DNA of 64,000 bases, from IMG/VR virus record IMGVR_UViG_3300035490_000050, positions 32,001-96,000 of that record; one strand, given 5' to 3'. The stretch comes from a virus. Made by a program: the position numbers and the translations under genes. This document shows positions 1 through 8,470 of this stretch, one piece after another (the first letter of the stretch is position 1; each line of letters starts with the position of its first letter). The notes beneath the pieces were generated by a model, which saw nothing but the letters and a program-made list of their open reading frames with translations, had not been told where the DNA came from and ran no database searches.

Positions 1-2
1 TA

Positions 3-1619
3 TTGGACGTAATGCCTACGCAGGTGCCGTCAAAGACAAATGATGTTCAGGATGCCTATTCGGTAACGATTTACGACTATATGCCGATTGCGGAGGCGTG
101 TGCAAGATTTCCTCTATTCGCAGGCAAATTTCAAACAGTCGGGCGCAATAACTACAAATCTCTGATTCAGGCGCAGCGGCAGGACTTTGCTGCAACGTGG
201 CGTTACGGGCAAGTGGGGGAGACGCAGAGCAGGAGCTTCGGAAACCTCTACACAGAGATAAGATACACATTTGTAAGGGACATACGAATCAACACATCTG
301 GTTTAGAAATGAAGATGGGAGACGAGGGAACGTCCTGGTTTTATAAAGTACCGGCGCTAGGACAGGAAATCTTTGGAGGGATGAAGAATGGCCAACCTTA
401 CTATCGCCCTGCAATGGTGGAGGACTGCCGCATCTACCCTAACCTTCGGCTCATCATTACGTCTTCAGGACTCGACCAAGTTATGTACGACGGTACTTCT
501 TTCGACTGGGACCCGGAAATTCCAATAATCCAATACACAGTAGACGATGTAGCGTGGGAGCCTTCAGGAAGATCGTTAGTAGGGGATGTAGCGTCAATCC
601 AGACAACGATTAGGAAGCATGAGCGCAAGGTCGATCAGACCATGACGGCCAAAAAGAATCCTCCAATGGGCTACGATCTGGATACCAATGGAGGAGCGAA
701 GATTGAGCACTTCGATATATTTGAGGAAGATGTTCGTCTAGGACTAGCAGGCGGTCAGGAGCCAACAAAGGCATTTCAATCCCTGCTTCCTGATACGGTT
801 ACAGTCGATAATATAGACTTCACTTGGCTGAAATACCTTTCTGAAAAACTCCTAGCGCAATTAGGATTGAACGATGTTGGCAACTTGGCCAATATGAAGT
901 TGAATATCGCCAACGACACAGCAGATAAGGAAGTAGGGGCTATCGGTCCTATCGCCAGAGGGATTGCGATGAGGATTGAGAAGGCGAATAAGAAGTTGGG
1001 CGAGAGGATGAAGTACCTTATTCCTCAATGGTTTGACGCTGCTAGGCTTATTGAGTATGTTGGACCTGACGGAATTGCAAAGGAGATGTTCGACCTCAAT
1101 CCTGATGACATGGTTCCAAGCCATTTGCCTGATGAATTCATAAACGGAAATATGTACCCCACCACGCCGTCGATGTACGACAGACTGACGAGGGCAAAGT
1201 ATTTCGTTCGGAAACTAAGGTTGATTTCCGTGCCGAGTACACTGTTGAAGATCACACAAATCCAGGAGCAAATGAAGTGGCTTCAACTAAAGCGCCAGCC
1301 TGATTGCCCGGTAAGCTGGGAAACGACAATGGAGAAGTTGGACATTGCCAACCCAAAAGACGAGATGAAGAAATACTTCAAGGAGCAACAGGAACTCACC
1401 AAAGCCAAACTGATTGGTATGGCAATGGCGCAGGAGGAAATGAAGAAGCTCGGTATCCAACCGCCAGAGGAAGGTGGAGGTAAGGGCGGCGGTGGAGGCA
1501 AGGGTGGAGGCGGAGGATTACACGCAGGTGGACGGCCCCCTTCGGGAAGCAAGCCGCCTCGCATATCGCAAAAAGGTGCGGCAGGTGGAACGCCCAGAAC
1601 CGTGGTGAAGGAATCCTGA
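3..1619 (+). CDS. Portal protein (5'-truncated by window edge), Gly/Lys-rich C-terminal tail
   Basis: Long ORF directly upstream of scaffold/capsid; P22-like portal pattern (GRSLVGDVASIQ..I.K..R..D..M....NPP); synteny. Confidence 0.7.
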   Translation: MDVMPTQVPSKTNDVQDAYSVTIYDYMPIAEACARFPLFAGKFQTVGRNNYKSLIQAQRQDFAATWRYGQVGETQSRSFGNLYTEIRYTFVRDIRINTSGLEMKMGDEGTSWFYKVPALGQEIFGGMKNGQPYYRPAMVEDCRIYPNLRLIITSSGLDQVMYDGTSFDWDPEIPIIQYTVDDVAWEPSGRSLVGDVASIQTTIRKHERKVDQTMTAKKNPPMGYDLDTNGGAKIEHFDIFEEDVRLGLAGGQEPTKAFQSLLPDTVTVDNIDFTWLKYLSEKLLAQLGLNDVGNLANMKLNIANDTADKEVGAIGPIARGIAMRIEKANKKLGERMKYLIPQWFDAARLIEYVGPDGIAKEMFDLNPDDMVPSHLPDEFINGNMYPTTPSMYDRLTRAKYFVRKLRLISVPSTLLKITQIQEQMKWLQLKRQPDCPVSWETTMEKLDIANPKDEMKKYFKEQQELTKAKLIGMAMAQEEMKKLGIQPPEEGGGKGGGGGKGGGGGLHAGGRPPSGSKPPRISQKGAAGGTPRTVVKES

Positions 1620-1654
1620 TAACTGTAAGAAAACAAACAACATAAGGAGAAGGA

Positions 1655-1897
1655 ATGGCAATCAAGGTCAAGACACAGAAATCATATTACGTCACGGAAT
1701 TTAATCTGGAATTACCTGCTCACGCTGGTGAACTCGACGACACATTGAAGGCAATCCAAACCACAGGAAAAAGCGTCACTCTGTATAATGATGGGAGCGT
1801 GCTTGGAATTAACGTAGAGCAGAAAGAAAAGATTCCATCTGAGGTGATTGACCAGAAAATTCGTGATCTTTTAGGTTTGGATACAAAATTTCTGTAA
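1655..1897 (+). CDS. Hypothetical protein
   Basis: 80 aa ORF with AAGGAG RBS. Confidence 0.75.
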   Translation: MAIKVKTQKSYYVTEFNLELPAHAGELDDTLKAIQTTGKSVTLYNDGSVLGINVEQKEKIPSEVIDQKIRDLLGLDTKFL

Positions 1898-1904
1898 AAA
1901 GTGC

Positions 1905-1934
1905 TTGACAAACAGGTACGAATTGCTGTAGGTT
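1905..1934 (+). promoter_or_regulatory. Putative sigma70 promoter for head operon
   Basis: TTGACA-18-TAGGTT in an intergenic gap. Confidence 0.5.
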
Positions 1935-1994
1935 TTTGAAAGAGATTCATCGAGATACATGCGCCCCTCGCGCAGAAGTTTAGAGGGAATACGC

Positions 1995-2037
1995 AATGGC
2001 TCATTAGGCGAAGTGGCCTGATGGGCCATTTCCTTTT
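1995..2037 (+). terminator. Intrinsic terminator-like hairpin in head-operon leader
   Basis: aatggctcattaggc/gcctgatgggccatt stem followed by tcctttt. Confidence 0.6.
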
Positions 2038-2071
2038 GCAGTCAACCTCAAACAAAAAAGGAGTATTCCCA

Positions 2072-2176
2072 ATGGCAAAGCATCGTGTAGGCGGAAAAAA
2101 GGCGCACGTGAAGAAAGTCGGCAAGAAGCGCAGAGGCGGCAAGCGTCACAGCAAGAAGAGCGCAATCAAGGCGTAG
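2072..2176 (+). CDS. 34 aa protamine-like basic microprotein MAKHRVGGKKAHVKKVGKKRRGGKRHSKKSAIKA
   Basis: Hand-translated, below ORF-track cutoff; AAGGAG RBS. Confidence 0.8.
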   Translation: MAKHRVGGKKAHVKKVGKKRRGGKRHSKKSAIKA

Positions 2177-2208
2177 TTGGTAGCCACTAACCGTTAGACG
2201 GAGACGAA

Positions 2209-2514
2209 ATGGCTACACCAGCAATGCCACCAACGCCAGATCAAGGAGGATCGCCCCCTTCGGGAGCAGGTGGTCCTCCTTCTCCACCTCAAAGTGGACC
2301 ACAAGGAGGCGCACAGCCTCCATCGCAAGGTCCAGCCAATCAAATCCAACAATTGCTCGGCCAATGGTCGCAGGTAGCGCAGCAAATCGCATCTGCGTAC
2401 CCTCAGATTGCTTCACAGATGAACAAGGTCGTACAGGCGATAGGAGAGGCACAGACGGCAATGGTTACGCCTTCTCAGCCGACTCCAATTTCGCAGCAAC
2501 CTCAAGTAAGCTAA
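2209..2514 (+). CDS. Pro/Gln-rich head-module protein
   Basis: GGAG RBS; between portal and scaffold. Confidence 0.7.
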   Translation: MATPAMPPTPDQGGSPPSGAGGPPSPPQSGPQGGAQPPSQGPANQIQQLLGQWSQVAQQIASAYPQIASQMNKVVQAIGEAQTAMVTPSQPTPISQQPQVS

Positions 2515-2536
2515 CGAACACAAATCCGGGAGAATA

Positions 2537-3532
2537 GTGCAAATGACATTAGCCGAAGTTTTGAAGAATTCGGGCTGGAGCCAGGAGCAGATTGATGCTC
2601 TTGACGCGAAAGCCATGAGTGGGCTTACCAGCTACGTTTCCAATATCGAACAGACAGCGGCACAGAAAGAACAGGCGGCAAAAGATTTAGCAGCAAAGGC
2701 GGAAGCGGATCGTAAAGCACAGGAAGCAGCCGCCGAAGCTGCCAGAGTTGCACGGGAAGCAGCAGAAGCATCCGAAAGAGGATGGGCTGATTGGCGGGAT
2801 AATGTTTATAATCCTGGCATCGCCGCATGGGAAACCGAAAGACAAAAGTTGGCGAAGGCAGCATCAGATGCCGCAGCGGAAGCAGCGTTCTACAAGGCGC
2901 AGAGAGAAAGTTATTTGGGGACGCTCAACATCAACCCGGAAGACGCTCCGGTATTCACTCCTCCAGCCGCAGTTGTAGTTCCTCCCGCTCCAAAGACTCC
3001 CGGAACTCCCACATTTACGATTGATGAAGTTCGCAACGAACTAGGAAATTCTCTTGGAACGGTAGCCAATATCCAATGGGAGTACCAAACGCTTTACGGA
3101 AAGCCAATGCCGATCTCTCCTACCGAACTTCTACGGCAGGCTGAGGCGAACAAGTTCAAAGACCCTGCAACCTACGCCTCTCAGATTTTCAAGTTCTCGG
3201 AGAAGAAAGAAGAGATGCGTCTAGCAGCAGCGAAGGCCCATGACGATGCCGTAGCCGCCGCTGCTGTAGCTGAGAGGGAAGCAAAGTACAAGGAAGAGAC
3301 CGACAAGCTCAAGGCTGAATTTGCGGCTAAGGAACGTTTAAGAGCGGAGCAGGCCGGTAGCAATCCTGATACGAAGTTGCCTCCAGGATCATCGAAGTTC
3401 TCCGATTTACAGAGAGCAACGAAGGCGGGTGAGCGCAAAGACCCGACAAAGATGACTCAAGCCGAACGCAGACAGACTTCTCTCGACAATATTCACAAGG
3501 CTCTGGAAGAAAGACAAGCAGTTGTAGCGTAA
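2537..3532 (+). CDS. Scaffolding protein
   Basis: Ala/Glu/Lys coiled-coil ORF immediately upstream of capsid gene. Confidence 0.7.
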   Translation: MQMTLAEVLKNSGWSQEQIDALDAKAMSGLTSYVSNIEQTAAQKEQAAKDLAAKAEADRKAQEAAAEAARVAREAAEASERGWADWRDNVYNPGIAAWETERQKLAKAASDAAAEAAFYKAQRESYLGTLNINPEDAPVFTPPAAVVVPPAPKTPGTPTFTIDEVRNELGNSLGTVANIQWEYQTLYGKPMPISPTELLRQAEANKFKDPATYASQIFKFSEKKEEMRLAAAKAHDDAVAAAAVAEREAKYKEETDKLKAEFAAKERLRAEQAGSNPDTKLPPGSSKFSDLQRATKAGERKDPTKMTQAERRQTSLDNIHKALEERQAVVA

Positions 3533-3578
3533 GCGGAAGATTCAGAAAAACAGCGTAAATCGCTGAAAGGAAACGAAA

Positions 3579-4856
3579 ATGCCAATTACACCGACCGATC
3601 CAACCTTCGGCGAAATTGATTCCACAAACCTAGAGAGCGTCCGCAAAGAGGTGGTCTGGAATAACTTCTTCGTCGGGACTCCTTTCTTGGAAGAGTTACG
3701 CCGTGCCGGTGTAGCTGACCCGTATCTTGGCGGCGCAGGTATGACGGAAGTCTTCCTGTACGGTCGTCCGCAGGGCGCTGGCGTGAATCCAGGTCAGACG
3801 ATCACTGTGACCCGTCAGCAAATTACCGACAAGCTGAAGTTCTATGAGAAGGGCTACGCTTCATGGTTCCCGATGGACGATTGGCAGATGGATGACGGCT
3901 CTGGACAGGGTGGTGTGATTAACTCCGGTCCTGCGCGGATTTGCGACATCTACGCGATCTTTATGGAAGCGTTGGTGATGCAGATCAACACGATGCTGGA
4001 AATGGACTCGTTCCGTCACGGTCAGCAATCATCTTCAACCGTGCAGGACAACCGTTACAAAGTATCGAACGGCTTGGACGAAGCGTTGAATAACGGCATT
4101 GATCCTTCGCTCTATGGCAATATCTACAAGAGCTACGGACAGCAAGCCAGAAACGGCGCGGTAGGTGCTGCAATCAACGTGACACCGCTTTACCTTGGAC
4201 AACAGGTAACGACCGGAACCGTGGCCGCACCTGCAACGTCAGGACCGGGACAAATCAACTTTGGTTCTCTGATGCAACTCTGGTCGCAGTGCAAGGCGGT
4301 GGGTGGAAAACCGAAGCTGGGCATCACAAATGTGTTCGGATTCAAGGCAATTGCGATTGCTCTTGACGCTTATCGGCGTGACATCTCGAACACGAAGCAC
4401 GACATCATGTGGGATGCTCTGGACTTCAACGGTACGCAGATTTATTCCGATCCTCTGGCTCCTTCGGCAGTTGCGCAGTATTACATTCCGCTTGCAACAG
4501 GTGGAGCATCTGGAAACACGAGCTTGGTGGACGGCGTTGGATCGAACACGACAACCATTACCTATACGACTCCTCAGTTTGTCAACTCGTCAGGCGCATC
4601 GGTTACGACTTCGCCAACGAACTCCGGTTTGCCATCGAACGCGAACATTCAGCCTTCGGAAGCGATTTACTTCCTGACGCCTGAGACGTTCAAGTTGCGT
4701 ACAACGGACAAGCCTGGATGGAACTTCGGAGTGCGCAGGACGAGCCAATGGAACAACGTTAGCGTGGACACGATCTTCATGCGCTTGGCAACGAACCTGT
4801 ACTGTGTGCAGCCTCGTCAAAACGCATACGCTTTCGGCTTTACGTCAATCGGTTAA
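3579..4856 (+). CDS. Major capsid protein (HK97 fold)
   Basis: 425 aa; synteny; NGLDEAL motif, F..L..LW..C segment, C-terminal NLYCVQPRQNA. Confidence 0.8.
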   Translation: MPITPTDPTFGEIDSTNLESVRKEVVWNNFFVGTPFLEELRRAGVADPYLGGAGMTEVFLYGRPQGAGVNPGQTITVTRQQITDKLKFYEKGYASWFPMDDWQMDDGSGQGGVINSGPARICDIYAIFMEALVMQINTMLEMDSFRHGQQSSSTVQDNRYKVSNGLDEALNNGIDPSLYGNIYKSYGQQARNGAVGAAINVTPLYLGQQVTTGTVAAPATSGPGQINFGSLMQLWSQCKAVGGKPKLGITNVFGFKAIAIALDAYRRDISNTKHDIMWDALDFNGTQIYSDPLAPSAVAQYYIPLATGGASGNTSLVDGVGSNTTTITYTTPQFVNSSGASVTTSPTNSGLPSNANIQPSEAIYFLTPETFKLRTTDKPGWNFGVRRTSQWNNVSVDTIFMRLATNLYCVQPRQNAYAFGFTSIG

Positions 4857-4912
4857 TCCGTACTAGGGTGACGGAACAGGAAAAAACGAAGTAGTTTTAA
4901 GGAGATTTAATC

Positions 4913-5776
4913 ATGCCACAGCAACAGGCACTTCCTACCTGGCTTTGCATCAACGACGTAAACTCCCCGTACCAGTCGGGGCAGGGGGATAGCAATACCG
5001 GCTTCCCGTACAACGCTGGCGGGTTGAATCAGGGCGACTACTTCGACTTGACGAATGACGAAGCTGCTGGTGCGTCCTATCCGACCAACGGCCTTCTGTA
5101 TAGCGGTCGTTACCGTTATGTGCAGGTTGATTCAGGCGCGACGGCGGCGAACGTGAAGACGGGAACCGTTGGCTTTATCCGCTCAGGATCATCGGTAAAG
5201 AGTGTGGTGGTTTTGACCCAGGGTAGCGGTCAGACTATCGGCACCTATACTGTTGCGGCAAATGTAGGCAGCGGCGGAGGATCGGGCGCAATCATTCAGG
5301 TTATCGTAACGGCTGCGAACGCGATAACAGCTACTGTGGTCAATGGTGGGCAGGGATACGTTTCGCCTCCAACATTCACATTAGCAACTGGCGGAACTCC
5401 AGGCACGGTTGTGGCGCAGTTGGGAATCAGCCAGAATATTTTCACCAGCGCAGACGTTGCCTTGAGCAGTTCTGCCACGGCAGCGGCAGTAGGACCAGTC
5501 CATCCGGTAGTGTTCTTGAATTCTATCACTCCTGGAAACTATGGCTTTGTTCAGGAATCTGGTGTGGCGACTGTGATAGTACAAAACACAAGCGCCACTC
5601 AAACGGCACAGCAGTTTGCTATCGTGCAGAGTTCATCGCCAAACGGAACGATGGCTCCATCGAGCGCAACTTATGGACCGTTCGCAATCGGCAACGTTCT
5701 CGATCCACTGCCAACTACGCCGCCTGCTGGAACTCCGTTTAAGATTCAAATGGACTCGCCAATCTACCAAGACTAA
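4913..5776 (+). CDS. Capsid decoration / cement protein
   Basis: Follows capsid; YRYVQV and ITPGNYGFVQ.SG motifs typical of minor capsid proteins. Confidence 0.65.
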   Translation: MPQQQALPTWLCINDVNSPYQSGQGDSNTGFPYNAGGLNQGDYFDLTNDEAAGASYPTNGLLYSGRYRYVQVDSGATAANVKTGTVGFIRSGSSVKSVVVLTQGSGQTIGTYTVAANVGSGGGSGAIIQVIVTAANAITATVVNGGQGYVSPPTFTLATGGTPGTVVAQLGISQNIFTSADVALSSSATAAAVGPVHPVVFLNSITPGNYGFVQESGVATVIVQNTSATQTAQQFAIVQSSSPNGTMAPSSATYGPFAIGNVLDPLPTTPPAGTPFKIQMDSPIYQD

Positions 5777-5785
5777 TCGCGCATT

Positions 5786-5811
5786 CGGGGTGGGTAGGAA
5801 TATCCACCCCG
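5786..5811 (+). terminator. Hairpin after capsid/decoration genes
   Basis: cggggtgggta-ggaa-tatccaccccg; weak U tract. Confidence 0.45.
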
Positions 5812-5836
5812 CAGTTCTCGGAAATAAGGAGCGGAA

Positions 5837-6184
5837 ATGATTCTCAACACGCTAACCCCGGTGAAGTACCCGATCCATACTGGAAACCGTCAGGTTTTTG
5901 TGGGATACGGTAATCCTACTGCTTCTTATAACCAGACCACAGGCGATATTATTTCGGTAAGTTTTATTCCGTTTAATATTGATGCTGTGCTTGGACTTGC
6001 CGTGACGACAGACGGAACTTATATTGGCGTTCCTGTTCCGGTTGGTGGTGTTGCAACTGCGGCAACATGGGCGATTTTCTGGTACACGTTCTCTCTCACA
6101 AGCACTCCAGAATGGGTTCCATTAGGAAGCGGAGCCAGTATCGCAACGAAGTCGGTGCAGTTGACAGTGATTGGTGGGGCTTAA
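5837..6184 (+). CDS. Small virion structural protein
   Basis: Beta-rich 115 aa; AAGGAG RBS; synteny. Confidence 0.65.
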   Translation: MILNTLTPVKYPIHTGNRQVFVGYGNPTASYNQTTGDIISVSFIPFNIDAVLGLAVTTDGTYIGVPVPVGGVATAATWAIFWYTFSLTSTPEWVPLGSGASIATKSVQLTVIGGA

Positions 6185-6324
6185 CGAGTTTCAACACAAG
6201 GTCTGTCTTTCCCTCTCCCGGTGATTGCAGACAATTGACGCCCTCTGTAGCCCCGGAAGGGTAAACTATGGAGGGCGTTTTAAGTCAGGGGCGGTAGAAA
6301 AATCAGAAACAAAGGAGAACTGAA

Positions 6325-6498
6325 ATGCACAGAGGTTTAGGAAAAGCAAAAATTCACAAGGCTTCCGCACCAAGGAACGCTAAGCACACGGTAGCAGCAA
6401 ACCATCATGTCAAGGGTCACAGCACGATTCATGTTCACAAAGGTGGCAAGGGCAAGGGACGCGGGAAGAAAGCATCGCACAAGACGATCCTCAAGTAA
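6325..6498 (+). CDS. 57 aa His/Lys-rich basic microprotein
   Basis: MHRGLGKAKIHKAS...GKGKGRGKKASHKTILK; AAGGAG RBS. Confidence 0.75.
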   Translation: MHRGLGKAKIHKASAPRNAKHTVAANHHVKGHSTIHVHKGGKGKGRGKKASHKTILK

Positions 6499-6543
6499 TG
6501 AGGTATGTCGAATCGAAAGTTCAACAGACGGAAGGGAACAGTC

Positions 6544-6645
6544 ATGGCTAAAAAGAAGGTAGCATCGAAAACAAATCCGTTGTTATCGGAAAAGATACCG
6601 TCCAACAAGAAGAAGGGCGGCAGGAAGCGCGTAGCTGGAAAGTAG
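6544..6645 (+). CDS. 33 aa basic microprotein ending RKRVAGK
   Basis: MAKKKVASKTNPLLSEKIPSNKKKGGRKRVAGK; AAGGGA RBS; alternative in-frame ATG at 6505. Confidence 0.7.
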   Translation: MAKKKVASKTNPLLSEKIPSNKKKGGRKRVAGK

Positions 6646-6652
6646 GTAGCTG

Positions 6653-6814
6653 ATGGCAAAGCCAAAGGCAGGCTCTAGGAAACACCTAGTCGGAGCGGGA
6701 AGCAAAAGCAACGGCAGACCGGATGTTGTGTACCCTATGGGCCACATGACGAAGGTCAGCGGGAGCGGACGGACTGGCGGCAAGCGAGTGGCGCGGAAAC
6801 GGGCGGGGAAGTGA
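6653..6814 (+). CDS. 53 aa basic microprotein ending KRVARKRAGK
   Basis: Hand-translated; tiles between neighbouring genes. Confidence 0.7.
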   Translation: MAKPKAGSRKHLVGAGSKSNGRPDVVYPMGHMTKVSGSGRTGGKRVARKRAGK

Positions 6815-6824
6815 GTGTTCATAC

Positions 6825-8060
6825 GTGGCACTGCAAAACATGATTCAGGATGTGCTCGGCATTCCTGGCATGAACCGGGGACTTGCGGTATCGCGCATAA
6901 ACGAGGCATTCCAAAAGATTCAGAATGAGAATGTATTTAGTTTTCAGTGCGTGACTGGAGGGTGGTTAACACCCTCTCTGCTTGGTGGTCCTAATACTTC
7001 ATTCCTTAGCCCCGGAACGATCACTGTAGTACCCTACACAAACACGATCACAGGTGATGCTATAGCGACGGCTGCATGGACGGCTGCCGTTCCTTATCCC
7101 CCTCTGTTGACCCAGCAGCAGATTCGTGTACCCTCATACGGTCTATATTCTATTATCGCGTTAGGAAATAACGGAACAGTTGCTTATGCTACCTTGTTGA
7201 CTTCTGGTTCTGGTCAGACCCCAGGACAATATACGGTTCCAGTTCTTGATCCGGCGACAGGCGCAGGTGGAACCGTGTCCATCACGGTAAATGCAAATGG
7301 CACCGTAACTCTTCCACCTGTGCTAGTGACGGCAGGAAATAATTATACCGCTCCATACATCGCTTTTGCAGAGGGTGGCACTCCAGCGACATTTTCGGTG
7401 ACACTAATTGCTACAATCACCATAGATAGACTTTGGACGGAGCCGCCGCAGGTTGCGTCTAGCTACATGATTTATCAGGCTTACTACCCTGCACCTGCTA
7501 ACTTCAAGAGGTGGTACAACGTCCGCGACACACAAAACAATCAAGCAATGAAGTTCTCGGATATGACACAGATCGACTTAGCCGAAGAAGACCCGCAGCG
7601 CGAGATATTCGACCAACCTGAGTATGTGGTTCCTTTCGGACCAGATACAAGACAAGGAAGCGCGACCTATGGGCAATGGCTAGTAGAATTATGGCCACAT
7701 CCAATTAGCCAACTAAGCTATACATTCATGTGCCAGTGTAACTGGCCAGCACTTATGAACCCTACCGACACGCTTCCTTTCCCTCTGACAGATGAGATTG
7801 TTAGAGAGAGAACTTATGAGGTAATAAGTTTATGGAAAGAGGGACAGAAGGGCAATGATATGGAACGAGGATCGGGCGCAAATTGGCAGTTTCTCGCAAA
7901 AGCTCATCACGAAGAGTACAAAGACTTGCTCCGTCAAGCAAGGATTATGGACCGTCATCTTGTTGACCTATACTTCACAAAGGCGAAGATGAACGCACCA
8001 TTTAACGGAGGCGAACCATTTACAAACACTAACGGAACTGCCAACGTAGGCAGTTGGTAA
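6825..8060 (+). CDS. Head-tail adaptor / tail tubular protein A-like
   Basis: RINEAF..I N-terminus, LWPHP...YT motif, C-terminal helix; synteny. Confidence 0.65.
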   Translation: MALQNMIQDVLGIPGMNRGLAVSRINEAFQKIQNENVFSFQCVTGGWLTPSLLGGPNTSFLSPGTITVVPYTNTITGDAIATAAWTAAVPYPPLLTQQQIRVPSYGLYSIIALGNNGTVAYATLLTSGSGQTPGQYTVPVLDPATGAGGTVSITVNANGTVTLPPVLVTAGNNYTAPYIAFAEGGTPATFSVTLIATITIDRLWTEPPQVASSYMIYQAYYPAPANFKRWYNVRDTQNNQAMKFSDMTQIDLAEEDPQREIFDQPEYVVPFGPDTRQGSATYGQWLVELWPHPISQLSYTFMCQCNWPALMNPTDTLPFPLTDEIVRERTYEVISLWKEGQKGNDMERGSGANWQFLAKAHHEEYKDLLRQARIMDRHLVDLYFTKAKMNAPFNGGEPFTNTNGTANVGSW

Positions 8061-8070
8061 GGAGAATAAC

Positions 8071-8466
8071 ATGCCGAGCTATCCGGGACCGGGACTAGCA
8101 GCACCTTTGGCTTACACGAAGCAAGGAATCTTTTGGGCAGGGGAGACAGTAGGAACGACCTTCCCACAATCGTTAAGCACCGCGTTTCAGTTGCAGCGGG
8201 TGGATGGCAATTATTATCCGTGGGGATTTGCTGTGGAGGTACAGTTTACAGGGAATCCTGGCACGACTAAGGTTGACATTATGGGAGCGGAGACGGACAA
8301 CCCTGCCAATTACATCAGTATCGGGTCAATCCAAACATTTACCGCCCCAGTTGCGGGACAGTATGTAGGGCGTTTTGAATCGTTAGCATTATATCCGAGA
8401 TACGTTGCTTTGAACATGACCACGCTAGGAAACTCAGTTCCAGTGACGGCGAAGATTTCGAGGTAA
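8071..8466 (+). CDS. Small beta-sandwich virion protein
   Basis: 131 aa beta-rich; AAGGAG RBS. Confidence 0.65.
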   Translation: MPSYPGPGLAAPLAYTKQGIFWAGETVGTTFPQSLSTAFQLQRVDGNYYPWGFAVEVQFTGNPGTTKVDIMGAETDNPANYISIGSIQTFTAPVAGQYVGRFESLALYPRYVALNMTTLGNSVPVTAKISR

Positions 8467-8470
8467 AAGG

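Noticed and set aside
1470-1530. GGN-rich repeat in the portal 3' end
   Set aside because: Explained by a Gly-rich low-complexity protein tail.
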